A DNA stretch of 64,000 bases. Source: Deltaproteobacteria bacterium (GTDB lineage Bacteria; Desulfobacterota; Desulfuromonadia; Desulfuromonadales; BM103). The notes under the pieces are model-generated. The model saw only the letters and a list, made by a program, of their open reading frames with translations. It made no database searches and was not told where the DNA came from. The stretch spans positions 180 to 64,179 of the forward strand of contig JAGXHM010000125.1 of assembly GCA_024636155.1 (NCBI GenBank), written 5' to 3'. Positions 1-10,476 of the stretch are shown piece after piece (within the stretch, counting starts at the first letter, position 1; every line of letters begins with the position of its first letter). The position numbers were made by a program, and so were the translations under genes.

Positions 1-2282
1 TCTCTTTTCGCCAAGCCATCACGCAACAGCACTTCCACTGCCTCGACCGGCACAGGTCTACTGAAAAGGTAGCCCTGCATCTCGTCGCAATGTTTCTCTT
101 TCAGCATGGCGAACTGTCCTTCGGTCTCAACCCCTTCGGCAATCACTTTGAGGTTCAGACTATTACCCATAGAGATGATCGCACTGGTAATCGCCGCATC
201 GGTCGAGTTGAGCTCTATGTCGCGAACAAAGGTTCGATCGATCTTCAGAGTGTTCACGGAGAATCGTTTAAGATGCGCTAGAGAGGAATATCCAGTCCCG
301 AAATCATCGATCGAGATATGGATGCCCATGTCGCGCATTTGGGTCAACACACTCACGGCAAACTCCGGATTCTGCATGATCACAGTTTCGCCGATTTCGA
401 ATTCTAGATACTCAGCGGCAAGACCAGTCTCTTCAAGGATACCTTTGACCGTCGCGACAAAATTTTTGGCCTGCAATTGGTAGCCGCTGAGGTTAACAGC
501 AACACGGACGTTGGGCAGTCCCTGTTCCTGCCATCGCCGATTGTCCTGACAAACCCGTCGCATCACCCATTCGCCGATTGGGAGAATAAGACCAGTCTCC
601 TCGGCCAAGGCAATGAACTCAGAAGGTGGCAAGGTTCCAAGTTCCGGATGCTCCCAGCGGATCAGAGCCTCAAGAGCAATAATTTTGTTACTCGCAGAGT
701 CAATTTTCGGCTGATACAAGAGATGGAATTCGTCGCGTTCGATTGCTCTTCGCATGCCACCCTCAAGCGTCATGCGGCGCTCGGCGTCTAGATCCATTGA
801 AGCATCGTACACCTGATAATTATTACGGCCCTGCTCCTTGGCCTGATACATCGCAGCATCCGCTTTTTTCAGCAGACCCTCAGGGTCATCATCATGCGTC
901 GGATAGAGACTGATACCAATACTGGTCGTGATATAGAGCTCATTCTCACCAGCTTGAACCGGCTTGGCGAGAGCTTTGAGAATCTTGCTGGCAACCTGCT
1001 CGGCATCCACGGCATGACCAAGATTGACAAGGACGATTGAAAACTCATCACCACCGATCCGGGCAACGGTATCGACTTCACGCACACAGCCATGTAAACG
1101 CTTGCCAACTTCCTGCAGGAGGATGTCGCCTACAGCATGGCCGAGAGTGTCATTGATGATTTTAAACCGGTCGAGGTCCAGGTAAAGGATGCCACATATA
1201 TGTTTCTCTCGTTTGGCCAGAGCCTGCGCCTGACGCAGGCGATCAGCGAAGAAAAGCCGATTTGGCAAACGGGTCAACTGATCGTGATGCGCCATGAAAT
1301 AGAGCTGTTCCTGGGCTTTCTTACGCATTGTCAAGTCTCGGCAAATAACCCAGACGGCACCTGCTTCACCATTCTGAAAGCTACAAGTAATTGTGCCTTC
1401 AACGTCAACGGTCTCTCCACCTTGAGTCATTAAACGACCTTCCAGTGGATCGACCCGCTCCCCCCTGGTTGCCTTCTCTATCTCCGCCATACATTTGACC
1501 CGCATATCAGCGTCAATGACATCATCAAGAGACAAATCGCACAATTTGTTTCGATCGTATCCGAGCACCCGTTCCCATGCCCGGTTTGCGTAGAGAAACT
1601 GGCCATCAGGTTTGACACTAAAGATAAGGTCGTTGGCACCCTCGAGAAATTCTTTGAGACGAGCCTCGGTAGCCTGAACCTGAGCATGACCACGACGCAG
1701 AACATTCATCAGATAGTTGCTGACTACGGCGGAGACCGTATTCAACAAACTGACCCAGAACCACATCAAAACCAGGAATAAGCCGTGGTGGTGCAGCTCC
1801 GGATCGATAAACGGCATATTGATATAAGGCAAAACACTGAAATATTGAGCAGCAAGAACAAACGCATAACAGAAGCCAGCAAACATCCCGAGAAGATAAA
1901 CCTGTAAGCGGCTTGCGATCAGGATCGCCGCCTCGAAAGTTACCAGAATATAGACCGGCCAGAACCAGCTTACAGCGCCACCGCTCAAGTGAATCAGCAA
2001 GGTTACACACAGGTAGTCAAGTAGAACCAGAAGGTGACGTCCCCAAGCCACGCTCGCCATACGATCGGCATTGAAGTAGTAAACGGCATTATAGGTGAGA
2101 ATAAGTAACAGGCTGAGCAGCAGACCGAGCAATTGAGGTGTGGTAAGGAACCAACCATAATCGCTGAAGGTGTAGGCGATACCGGCACAGGCACCATATA
2201 TGGCGACAAAGCCAAGGAAGAGCCAGCGGGCCTTGGCAAGCAGCAGGAATCGCGACTGGCGGTCCAGCAAGGGAGTCTTCAT
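1..2282 (-). CDS. Membrane-anchored PAS-GGDEF-EAL diguanylate cyclase/phosphodiesterase (3' end runs off the window)
   Basis: Manual minus-strand translation from ATG 2282 (MKTPLLDRQSRFLLLAKARW...) gives several TM helices, a PAS-like segment, HDQLTRLPNR, ARIGGDEF, ALEALIRW, DDFGTGYSS and MQGYLFSRP. It is absent from the ORF track because the stop lies outside the window. Confidence 0.93.
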   Translation of the reverse strand, partial: MKTPLLDRQSRFLLLAKARWLFLGFVAIYGACAGIAYTFSDYGWFLTTPQLLGLLLSLLLILTYNAVYYFNADRMASVAWGRHLLVLLDYLCVTLLIHLSGGAVSWFWPVYILVTFEAAILIASRLQVYLLGMFAGFCYAFVLAAQYFSVLPYINMPFIDPELHHHGLFLVLMWFWVSLLNTVSAVVSNYLMNVLRRGHAQVQATEARLKEFLEGANDLIFSVKPDGQFLYANRAWERVLGYDRNKLCDLSLDDVIDADMRVKCMAEIEKATRGERVDPLEGRLMTQGGETVDVEGTITCSFQNGEAGAVWVICRDLTMRKKAQEQLYFMAHHDQLTRLPNRLFFADRLRQAQALAKREKHICGILYLDLDRFKIINDTLGHAVGDILLQEVGKRLHGCVREVDTVARIGGDEFSIVLVNLGHAVDAEQVASKILKALAKPVQAGENELYITTSIGISLYPTHDDDPEGLLKKADAAMYQAKEQGRNNYQVYDASMDLDAERRMTLEGGMRRAIERDEFHLLYQPKIDSASNKIIALEALIRWEHPELGTLPPSEFIALAEETGLILPIGEWVMRRVCQDNRRWQEQGLPNVRVAVNLSGYQLQAKNFVATVKGILEETGLAAEYLEFEIGETVIMQNPEFAVSVLTQMRDMGIHISIDDFGTGYSSLAHLKRFSVNTLKIDRTFVRDIELNSTDAAITSAIISMGNSLNLKVIAEGVETEGQFAMLKEKHCDEMQGYLFSRPVPVEAVEVLLRDGLAKR

Positions 2283-2435
2283 TTTATGGCTCTGTATTTC
2301 GACCCAACTCAAGGGCGTTGACGATTCGTCTTGTATAACTTTGCTCATATTACAGATTCATCCTTTCGCAAACGTGAACAAGCACAACAGTCTGAATATA
2401 AAGAGTTTATTTAAAAACAGCCAGAAGAAATTCAA

Positions 2436-2449
2436 TTGACCTACATCAT
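2436..2449. promoter_or_regulatory. Possible FNR/Crp-family box
   Basis: TTGAC-CTAC-ATCAT versus consensus TTGAT-N4-ATCAA (2 mismatches), in the divergent region upstream of the cytochrome cluster. Confidence 0.3.
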
Positions 2450-2820
2450 TCGGCCACCAAAACAGCCTTATTCTGTGTCCTCCGGCAAAAAGCATGTTTC
2501 TGTTAAGCAATATCAAAAGCACAAGAAATTTGTGAGCATTCGATTACTCATTCATTCGGTGACATTCTTCGGTCATATCACAGAGGAGATCAGTCCTTTG
2601 GCGCAAAACATTTAAATCATCTTAACGCAACCAACACACCAGATCGAGTATTTTTTCAAATAATTCGGTAATTTAAATATGCTAATACACGGTTGGCATA
2701 AATTGTGTAATTGAGATATATGAAAGATAACATTAACCGTTTGGCTATCTCATTCTCAACTTAGCCGCAATCAACAAAAAACGAGTAGGGCAAAAACAAA
2801 AAAGCGGAGGTACACAAATC

Positions 2821-3141
2821 ATGAAAATGCTCATTAAACCGGTACTCTTTCTTACGCTGGCAGCATTCATTGCCACTGCAGCCATAGCTGCAGAAGGCGG
2901 CAATCCGCGCAAGGGCAAACACCTTTTCAAAAAGACCTGTAAAACCTGTCATTCCAGTGGTGACGAAGCAGGCGAATTCACACCGATGAGCAAAATCCAG
3001 TCGCAATGGGATCGCTTCTTTGACAAGAAAGATCATGATGAAAAGGCATGGAAAGATATTTCGGAACAGGACTTGAAAGACATCCAGCAGTTCCTGTTCG
3101 ATCACGCGGCAGATTCTCCCCAGCCACAGACTTGCGGTTGA
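2821..3141 (+). CDS. Periplasmic monoheme cytochrome c
   Basis: Signal peptide, single CKTCH motif, GGAGG RBS; C-terminus HAADSPQPQTCG. Confidence 0.9.
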   Translation: MKMLIKPVLFLTLAAFIATAAIAAEGGNPRKGKHLFKKTCKTCHSSGDEAGEFTPMSKIQSQWDRFFDKKDHDEKAWKDISEQDLKDIQQFLFDHAADSPQPQTCG

Positions 3142-3196
3142 TTTATTGAATGAGGGAGATCAAACGCGGATCCTTTTCCCCGTTGGAGGCATGGCC

Positions 3197-3547
3197 ATGA
3201 AAAATTGTGTTAAATCTCTCATCTTCCTTTCTCTGACTCTCCTAGTTGCCACGCTGGTTACGACGACTGTTGTTCAGGCCGCAATTGAGGGCGGCGACGC
3301 CAAGAGTGGCAAAGCACTGGCGAATGAAAAATGCAAGTATTGTCATGTGACCGGCGCGGATGGAGGCACAATGACGCCGCTTTCCAAGACTCAGCAACAG
3401 TGGGAACGCTTCTACACCAAAGACCAGCACAACAAGAAGGCCCCAGGCACATGGGACAAGATCAAGACAAACGAACTTATTGACATCATGCAGTTTATGT
3501 ATGATCACGCTGCAGACTCGCCACAACCGGCGACCTGCGGCCAGTAA
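3197..3547 (+). CDS. Periplasmic monoheme cytochrome c, paralogue of the upstream gene
   Basis: Signal peptide, CKYCH, C-terminus HAADSPQPATCGQ; start chosen from the GGAGG RBS (3191 is the alternative). Confidence 0.88.
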   Translation: MKNCVKSLIFLSLTLLVATLVTTTVVQAAIEGGDAKSGKALANEKCKYCHVTGADGGTMTPLSKTQQQWERFYTKDQHNKKAPGTWDKIKTNELIDIMQFMYDHAADSPQPATCGQ

Positions 3548-3570
3548 CTTTTTACTTTTTTTCAGGAGGC

Positions 3571-5391
3571 ATGAAGATGCAAAAATTTCTTTACCTGATC
3601 ATGGCTGCCCTGCTGGCTCTACCAGCAACCGCTTTCGCGGTGGGCCAGGAGGATGCCATGATCTCAGAGCTGCAGAAGCAAATCCAGGAGTTGAGTGGCG
3701 AACTCGAGGAGCTCTCCGATCGCCTCAATGGACCGGAGCGACACTCCGCACTCGACCGCATTGAGTTGACGGGTGACGCGCGGTTTAAGGCTCACAGCCT
3801 GCATTATAATGATGTGACATTTAACCCGGCGATTCAAGTTAACTTTGACGACTTTGCGTCTAAGGCAATGAATCCAGGAGATCCGGACTTTGCTAAATTC
3901 AACGCTCAGTTGGCAGATGCTGGCGGAAATCTTTTGACCTTTGCTACCCCAGGAACCGGTTCGCGAGCTGATATGCTGGCAGGTGCATTCGGCAGCAATG
4001 CCCTAACCCCGATCACCAAAATGATGCTGGCTAATCCCGCCATGCAGGATGCTTTTTTTGCAGGTCAGTTGTCCGGCGTCATGCCGTTTGTCATGTCTGA
4101 CGGGCCCAAAACCTCCGACATCAACAACGACATCCTCTATACCTCACGCTTGCGCCTCAACATGAATGCCAAGGTCTGGGACAACGTCAAATTTTCCGGT
4201 CGTCTGTCCATGTTCAAAAACTGGGGTGACTCTACCGGTTCCAAGGTGTTTGATTCCTGGAACAGCTTCACCATGGACGGTAACAACGGTGGCAACACCA
4301 CCGGCGACATGCTGCGGGTTGACCGCGCTTACTTTGACTGGAGCAACATCGCCGACAGCGGCATCTACCTCTCGATCGGCCGTCGCCCCTCGACTGACGG
4401 TCCCCCGACCCAGTACCGCGAGAATGAAATGCGCGGAGGCACTCCGACCGGAAACGTCATGGACCTCAACTTTGACGGCATTACTATTGGCAAACATTTC
4501 GAGAATATTGGCCTAGAAGGCTTCACCGCCCGCTTCTGCTACGGTCAGGGCTTTGAGTCTGAGTGGGGCAATGGTGAGATGTTCAACGATATCACTACAA
4601 AAGACACCCATTTTGGCGGTTTCAACGTCGACATCCTCAACGATGGCACCAACTTTCTGCAAGTCACTGCCTTCCGCGCCATGGACATTAACGACGGCTT
4701 CAAAGGGGTCATCGCCTTCCCGACCCAGTACGCTGAGTTGTTTGCCCCAACCCTCTATCAAGACATGCAAAAGTTTCCCACCTTCAACTTTGTCACTCGC
4801 TACCAACCCAGCACCACGATTGGTGACATCGATCTTGGCGGCATCGTATTTGCCCGCGAGGAAGATAACGGTATCAACTGGTTTACTTCAGTCGGCATGA
4901 CCATACTGCGCCCTACCGGCAACGCGGGCATGTTCGGCGGCATGGGTACCGATGCTGTCTACGAAGCTGAATTGAATTCCACCGGCACCGAAGTCATCAT
5001 GGTCCCGAAGCATGCCACCAACGCCGAGGACCAGGAAGGCTACGGCTTCTACGCCGGCGTACAGATTCCGGCGCCAATGGGCAAACTCGGTCTTGAGTAC
5101 AACTACGGTTCTGAATACTGGACCCCTTTCACCCAAGGTCAAGATGACGCAATGGGCAGCAAGATAGCTACCCGCGGACATGCTGGTGAAGCTTATTACA
5201 TCTTCGATGTCAACCCGAACATGTTCATCAAGCTCAGCGGCATCTACTACGACTACGAGTATACCGGCAGCGGTTCGCCGGTCGGTCAACCACAGAAAGT
5301 TGACGACGTTAAAAACGGTGTCGCTTATTCTCTGATGCCTGTTGTTGATACGGCATACGATCTGAATGCTTCGCTGACGGTCAAGTTCTAA
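3571..5391 (+). CDS. DUF3373-like outer-membrane beta-barrel protein
   Basis: Signal peptide, N-terminal coiled coil, RLRLNM and VDRAYFDW/SIGRRPSTDGPP segments, amphipathic strands, terminal Phe (LTVKF). Confidence 0.8.
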   Translation: MKMQKFLYLIMAALLALPATAFAVGQEDAMISELQKQIQELSGELEELSDRLNGPERHSALDRIELTGDARFKAHSLHYNDVTFNPAIQVNFDDFASKAMNPGDPDFAKFNAQLADAGGNLLTFATPGTGSRADMLAGAFGSNALTPITKMMLANPAMQDAFFAGQLSGVMPFVMSDGPKTSDINNDILYTSRLRLNMNAKVWDNVKFSGRLSMFKNWGDSTGSKVFDSWNSFTMDGNNGGNTTGDMLRVDRAYFDWSNIADSGIYLSIGRRPSTDGPPTQYRENEMRGGTPTGNVMDLNFDGITIGKHFENIGLEGFTARFCYGQGFESEWGNGEMFNDITTKDTHFGGFNVDILNDGTNFLQVTAFRAMDINDGFKGVIAFPTQYAELFAPTLYQDMQKFPTFNFVTRYQPSTTIGDIDLGGIVFAREEDNGINWFTSVGMTILRPTGNAGMFGGMGTDAVYEAELNSTGTEVIMVPKHATNAEDQEGYGFYAGVQIPAPMGKLGLEYNYGSEYWTPFTQGQDDAMGSKIATRGHAGEAYYIFDVNPNMFIKLSGIYYDYEYTGSGSPVGQPQKVDDVKNGVAYSLMPVVDTAYDLNASLTVKF

Positions 5392-5406
5392 GCGCCAGAC
5401 AACCAT

Positions 5407-5440
5407 AGGGGGAGAGGCTCGCCTCTCCCTCTTTATATTT
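5407..5440 (+). terminator. Hairpin, possible intrinsic terminator
   Basis: GGGAGAGGC-TC-GCCTCTCCC followed by a T-rich tract. Confidence 0.5.
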
Positions 5441-5555
5441 GCCTACATTAATCTATATATCAATATATTATGTTAAGTTGTCAACAGCCGGTTTTCTGGT
5501 AAATATAAAAAAAGTTAAAAAACTAACAGAAAACAACATGCAAGGAGAAACAATT

Positions 5556-6944
5556 ATGAAACGAGTATTTAGGTTGGGCGTTCTATGTAGCGTCCTGCTC
5601 CTCGCCCTGACTGCGGCCACTGCAATGGCTGCCGAAAACGATCATTCCTACTATCTGCAGGGTCCCTTAGAGACCGGTCCGGAAGTTACGGCACAGTGTC
5701 TGAAATGTCATGAGAAGCAAGCTACCGACTTCATGAAGACCACCCACTGGAAATGGGAACAGGAGCAAATTGTTGACGGCAAGAAGGTCGTTCGCGGCAA
5801 GAAGAACGCCATCAACAATTTCTGCACCTCGATCTCCGGCAACGAGCCACGCTGCACCAGCTGCCACGCCGGCTACGGCTGGGAAGACTCCAGCTTCGAC
5901 TTCACAAATCCCGGCAACATCGATTGCCTAGTTTGCCATGATACCACCGGCACCTATGTGAAAGAGCCAACCGGGGCCGGCAACCCTGCCAAACGCGTTG
6001 ACCTGCTCTATGTTGCTCAGAGCGTCGGCAAACCGAGCCGATTCAACTGCGGCACCTGTCACTTCTACGGTGGCGGTGGCGACGCAGTCAAGCATGGCGA
6101 CCTGGATTCTTCCATGGAATATCCCACCCGATCCACAGACGTCCATATGGATACCGACGGCAATGATTTTGCTTGCACGGAGTGCCACGTCACCGAAGCA
6201 CACGCCATCCCCGGCAATTCGTTGGGTGTTTCACCGGGCGGGACAAGTCATCTGTCCTGCGCTAAGTGCCATGAAGAGGCTCCTCATGCGCAGAGTCGTC
6301 TGAACAAGCACGCGGAAGATATCTCCTGCCAAACGTGCCACATCCCTTTCTTTGCCAAAGAAGTCCCCACCAAGCTTTCTTGGGACTGGTCAACTGCCGG
6401 ACAGGACATTGAGGCACCCGTTGATGAAAACGGCAAGCACTCATACAACAAGAAAAAAGGCCACTTTACCTGGGGCAAGATGGTTACGCCCAAGTATCTT
6501 TGGTACAACGGTAGCGCCAATGCCTACAATCGCGGCGACAAGATGGACCCGGACAAAGTCACCTATCTGACTTACCCGAACGGTGACATCAAGGACGAGA
6601 AAGCCAAGCTGCATCCTTTCAAACTGCATTCCGGCAAGCAGATTTACGATTCAAAAAACAATTATTTCATCACCGCCAAAGTCTTCGGTGACGGTGGCTA
6701 CTGGGTCGACTACGACTGGGACAAGGCAGCACGTCTCGGTATGGAAGCCAGCGGTCTCCCTTACAGCGGTGAATACGGTTTTGCACCAACCGAGATGTAC
6801 TGGAGCATCAACCACATGGTTTCTCCCAAGGAAGAAGCTCTAGGATGCCTTGATTGCCACGGCGACAACGGCCGCATGAAGTGGCAGGAATTGGGCTACA
6901 AAGGTGATCCGATGGACAATCCTAAGTTCGCACGTTCCAAATAA
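5556..6944 (+). CDS. otr: Octaheme c-type cytochrome, tetrathionate reductase (Otr) family
   Basis: Eight CxxCH motifs (CLKCH, CTSCH, CLVCH, CGTCH, CTECH, CAKCH, CQTCH, CLDCH) and Otr-type GKKNAINNFC...RCTSCHAGYG; AGGAG RBS before ATG 5556. Confidence 0.9.
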   Translation: MKRVFRLGVLCSVLLLALTAATAMAAENDHSYYLQGPLETGPEVTAQCLKCHEKQATDFMKTTHWKWEQEQIVDGKKVVRGKKNAINNFCTSISGNEPRCTSCHAGYGWEDSSFDFTNPGNIDCLVCHDTTGTYVKEPTGAGNPAKRVDLLYVAQSVGKPSRFNCGTCHFYGGGGDAVKHGDLDSSMEYPTRSTDVHMDTDGNDFACTECHVTEAHAIPGNSLGVSPGGTSHLSCAKCHEEAPHAQSRLNKHAEDISCQTCHIPFFAKEVPTKLSWDWSTAGQDIEAPVDENGKHSYNKKKGHFTWGKMVTPKYLWYNGSANAYNRGDKMDPDKVTYLTYPNGDIKDEKAKLHPFKLHSGKQIYDSKNNYFITAKVFGDGGYWVDYDWDKAARLGMEASGLPYSGEYGFAPTEMYWSINHMVSPKEEALGCLDCHGDNGRMKWQELGYKGDPMDNPKFARSK

Positions 6945-6970
6945 CTGTCCTGAAATGTATTCGGGGTTTA

Positions 6971-7000
6971 CGGGGGCTGGCGCCAGCCAGCCCCCGTTTT
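6971..7000 (+). terminator. Intrinsic terminator
   Basis: CGGGGGCTGGC-GCCA-GCCAGCCCCCG followed by TTTT. Confidence 0.8.
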
Positions 7001-7107
7001 CTATTCATATTTGCAGCATAGGCTGGCAGCAAAGTGCAAATCAGTTGATTTTTCTCTAAAGATGACTATGATGATGGCTCAAACAACCTACTCAAGGAGT
7101 CACTCTC

Positions 7108-7305
7108 ATGTTCGGACTAGGCACAACAGAACTGATTATCATTCTGGTACTTGTAATGATTGTTTTTGGTGCTGGAAAACTCCCTTCTGTAGCCGCATCC
7201 TTGGGCAAAGGATTGCGCAGCTTCAAAGACGGCGTTAAAGAAGGCGACGAAGAAAAGTCTGGTCAGGATCCCGACAAAATTGATGACAACGGCCAGGCTA
7301 AATAA
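7108..7305 (+). CDS. tatA: Twin-arginine translocase subunit TatA/E
   Basis: MFGLGTTELIIILVLVMIVFGAGKLP...LGKGLRSFK signature. Confidence 0.95.
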   Translation: MFGLGTTELIIILVLVMIVFGAGKLPSVAASLGKGLRSFKDGVKEGDEEKSGQDPDKIDDNGQAK

Positions 7306-7327
7306 TCCTGTCCCTCACATAAAAAAC

Positions 7328-7359
7328 AAAGGCGCCTCCGGTATGGAGACGCCTTTTTT
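7328..7359. terminator. Bidirectional intrinsic terminator
   Basis: AAAGGCGCCTCC-GGTAT-GGAGACGCCTTTTTT between convergent genes. Confidence 0.75.
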
Positions 7360-7386
7360 ATTGGTCACAACAAGACAAATGAGAAG

Positions 7387-8058
7387 TTAATAAGTTCCGC
7401 CCTGCTGTGGAGCAATAGTGACGACCACCCGTCGATTCAGCTGACGACCTGATTCTGAAGAGTTGTCAGCAATCGGCTGTCCCTCACCAAACCCGACAGC
7501 CCGCATGCGGTTCGCAGCAACGCCCTGGTTGGCCAGAGCATTCTGCACACTCATGGCCCGGCTTTCAGAAAGTTGCTGATTGTAGGCCTCTGCTCCGCTA
7601 CTGTCGGTGTGTCCGGCAATCTGGATATTGGTCCGTGGGTATTGCGTCAGCACCTGAGCCACGCGGTTGATTTCCGTATAACCTCCAGCTTTGAGCGTTG
7701 CCGAGTTCACATCGAACAGCACGTCCGATTTGAAGGTGACCGTCAACACGTCAACATTGCGCTGGACATCAGCCACATTTGACGCCGCGAACTGTTGCTG
7801 CAAAGCCGATTCCTGATTTTGCATATAACGACCGATACTACCGCCGGCGATGCCACCAATCGCAGCACCGATCCCGGTGCCGATCAGGGTTGACTTGGTA
7901 TCGCCACCGATCACCTGGCCCAAACCTGCGCCAACAGCCGCGCCAATACCCGTCCCGTACATAGCGCCTTTTTGAGTTTGTGATGGCGGTTGAGCACACC
8001 CCCACAACATCGTCACTGCGATCATTAGTACTGAACTCTTCTTTAAAATCTGTAACAT
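7387..8058 (-). CDS. OmpA-family lipoprotein with glycine zipper (YiaD-like)
   Basis: Lipobox LWGC, Gly-zipper, GHTDSSG...NQQLSESRA and NRRV motifs. Confidence 0.92.
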   Translation of the reverse strand: MLQILKKSSVLMIAVTMLWGCAQPPSQTQKGAMYGTGIGAAVGAGLGQVIGGDTKSTLIGTGIGAAIGGIAGGSIGRYMQNQESALQQQFAASNVADVQRNVDVLTVTFKSDVLFDVNSATLKAGGYTEINRVAQVLTQYPRTNIQIAGHTDSSGAEAYNQQLSESRAMSVQNALANQGVAANRMRAVGFGEGQPIADNSSESGRQLNRRVVVTIAPQQGGTY

Positions 8059-8609
8059 AATAAAGCCTCCCTTTAAGTTTGAAAATCTGAGTTCAAAAAA
8101 CCTTCTGGTTTATTGATGGTCTTTTAAACGGCCTCTTAGTCAGACGCAACATATTCTCTTACAATACACTGTGCCATCACCATGTAGTATAGCAATCAAT
8201 TCCCAGTTGTTAAGATAAGACAGAAGAGGCTTCGAATATCGAAGAAAGCTCAACTGTGACCATGTTTTGCTATTAGTAGAAACAGCAACAAGCGTGCCCA
8301 ATAAAATGTGTCGCTGTCAAGACTGTAACTATCTAAGAACACTGGTAAAAGCTACCGGCAAGCAGAGGCCGCGAAGAGTGCCCTCCACTGAGCCGTCCAC
8401 CACATATGGCGGATTTGTCACATATTGTGGACAGCTCAGCAGGTATTACAGTTAACGGGAACATATATCAACACCGGACGCTAACAGAGCTAAATCAAAA
8501 AAAGACCATCGATACGACTACTTCTCTTGCTTGCCATCTCATGGGAGCCCGTGCTAATTTTCTTTTTTACTTTTTTAGACGAGATCAAACCTTGGAGGTT
8601 TACTAGAAA

Positions 8610-8897
8610 ATGAAAATTACTCGTGCAGAAGTCGAGCATGTAGGACGCCTGGCTCGACTGGCTTTGACTGACAAGGAGCTCGATTCCCTGACCCACGAAA
8701 TGGATGCGATCCTCGACTATGTGGAACAGCTGAAAGCTCTCAATACCGACGGTATCGTACCAACGGCTCATGCGGTCCCCATGGAGAATGCCTTTCGGAC
8801 GGATGAAATCAAGACCAGCTTTACTCCAGAGCAGGCCCTCAGCAATGCTCCTGACGCTGCAGAGAGCGCGTTCCGGGTCCGCCGAGTCATCGAATAA
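8610..8897 (+). CDS. gatC: Asp/Glu-tRNA amidotransferase subunit C
   Basis: VEHVGRLARL motif; first gene of gatCAB. Confidence 0.95.
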   Translation: MKITRAEVEHVGRLARLALTDKELDSLTHEMDAILDYVEQLKALNTDGIVPTAHAVPMENAFRTDEIKTSFTPEQALSNAPDAAESAFRVRRVIE

Positions 8898-8925
8898 ACG
8901 ATCACCTTCTCACGGATAAAACATT

Positions 8926-10383
8926 ATGACGATTTACAATCTGACCCTGGCAGAATTACGCACAAGACTGGATAGCCGGGAGCTCTCGGCGGTTGAGGTG
9001 ACGACAGCCTACCTGGATCGCATTGCAGCAACCAACCATGAGATCAACAGTTTCATTACCACTTGCAATGAAACCGCGATGGCCGAGGCACTCGCAGCCG
9101 ACCAGGCACTCGCCGCCGGCGACATTGCTCCCTTGACCGGCCTGCCTATCGCAGTAAAAGATATTTTCAACACCACCGGGCTACCAACGACGTGTGCTTC
9201 CAACATACTAAAAAATTACATTGCACCCTATGACGCCACGGCTATTGCCCGCATTAAAGCTCAGAGGGCCGTGATTGTCGGCAAGTTAAACATGGACGAG
9301 TTTGCCATGGGCAGTTCCAACGAGAACAGTGCCTTCGGCGCGGTTCGCAACCCCTGGAACTTCAAGCATGTCCCGGGCGGCTCATCGGGCGGCAGTGCTG
9401 CTTGCATCGCGGCCCGCCAGGCTGCTGCAGCACTGGGCACAGACACGGGTGGGTCAATCCGCCAGCCGGCCTCACATTGCGGTGTGGTCGGACTGAAACC
9501 GACCTACGGCCGCGTCTCCCGTTATGGGGTGGTTGCCTATGCCTCATCCCTGGACCAGGTCGGCCCGCTCACCCGGGATGTGCGCGATTGTGCTCTGATG
9601 TTGCAGGCAATTGCCGGCTACGACCCGGCAGACTCCACATCGGTGGACACTCCGACTCCCGATTATCAAGCCAGCCTGACCGGCGATCTGAAGGGGCTCA
9701 GAATCGGTCTGCCACAGGAGTATTTCATAGAGGGCCTGGATAGCGATGTACGCAAAGCCGTTGCGCAGGCCACTGCAACCTACCGCGAGCTTGGTGCTGA
9801 GATCATCGAAGTCACCCTGCCGCACACCGCCTATGCGGTTGCCTGTTACTACTTGATTGCCACCGCTGAAGCCTCCAGTAATCTGGCCCGCTACGACGGC
9901 GTGCGCTACGGCCTGCGCGCCGGAAATGCGGAGAACCTGATCGACATGTACATGCAGAGTCGAGCCGCCGGTTTCGGCACGGAAGTAAAACGTCGCATCA
10001 TGCTCGGCACCTACGCGCTCTCCTCAGGCTACTACGATGCCTATTATCTCAAAGCTCAAAAGGTGAGGACCCTGATCCGCCAGGATTTTCTGAACGCCTT
10101 TGAAAAAGTCGATACGCTCCTGGCACCGGTGGCTCCAACCCCGGCCTTCGCGCTGGGCGAGAAAGTCAACGATCCTATGCAGATGTACCTGTCCGACATT
10201 TATACAATCCCGGCCAACCTTGCCGGCACCTGTGCCATGAGCCTGCCCTGTGGCTTCTCCACAGAGGGTCTGCCTATCGGCCTGCAACTGATCGGCAAAC
10301 CTTTCGACGAAGTAACCATGCTGCGCACCGCTTATGCCTTTGAGCAGGCAACAGAATGGCATAAACGGAAACCAGAATTTTAA
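8926..10383 (+). CDS. gatA: Asp/Glu-tRNA amidotransferase subunit A
   Basis: Amidase signature [29 protein letters not shown]. Confidence 0.97.
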   Translation: MTIYNLTLAELRTRLDSRELSAVEVTTAYLDRIAATNHEINSFITTCNETAMAEALAADQALAAGDIAPLTGLPIAVKDIFNTTGLPTTCASNILKNYIAPYDATAIARIKAQRAVIVGKLNMDEFAMGSSNENSAFGAVRNPWNFKHVPGGSSGGSAACIAARQAAAALGTDTGGSIRQPASHCGVVGLKPTYGRVSRYGVVAYASSLDQVGPLTRDVRDCALMLQAIAGYDPADSTSVDTPTPDYQASLTGDLKGLRIGLPQEYFIEGLDSDVRKAVAQATATYRELGAEIIEVTLPHTAYAVACYYLIATAEASSNLARYDGVRYGLRAGNAENLIDMYMQSRAAGFGTEVKRRIMLGTYALSSGYYDAYYLKAQKVRTLIRQDFLNAFEKVDTLLAPVAPTPAFALGEKVNDPMQMYLSDIYTIPANLAGTCAMSLPCGFSTEGLPIGLQLIGKPFDEVTMLRTAYAFEQATEWHKRKPEF

Positions 10384-10385
10384 TC

Positions 10386-10462
10386 GACACCAAGATACTA
10401 AGGCGCCAAGCAAAAGCACACAGTTGATTTATTGTTTCTTTGTGACTTGGAGTCTTGGCGGC
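10386..10462. repeat. Palindromic octanucleotide-repeat element, copy 1
   Basis: Left arm GACACCAAGATACTAAGGCGCCAAG pairs with right arm CTTTGTGACTTGGAGTCTTGGCGGC. Confidence 0.75.
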
Positions 10463-10476
10463 AAGAGGTTTAATTT

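Noticed and set aside
90-2439. Many short ORFs in the ORF track
   Set aside because: All overlap the minus-strand PAS-GGDEF-EAL gene that the track missed.
2693-2710. Sigma54 promoter upstream of the cytochrome cluster (TGGCAT...)
   Set aside because: The -12 element reads GTGT rather than TTGC.
7108-7305. tatA as part of the cytochrome cluster
   Set aside because: It is separated by a strong terminator, and the upstream proteins have Sec-type rather than twin-arginine signals.
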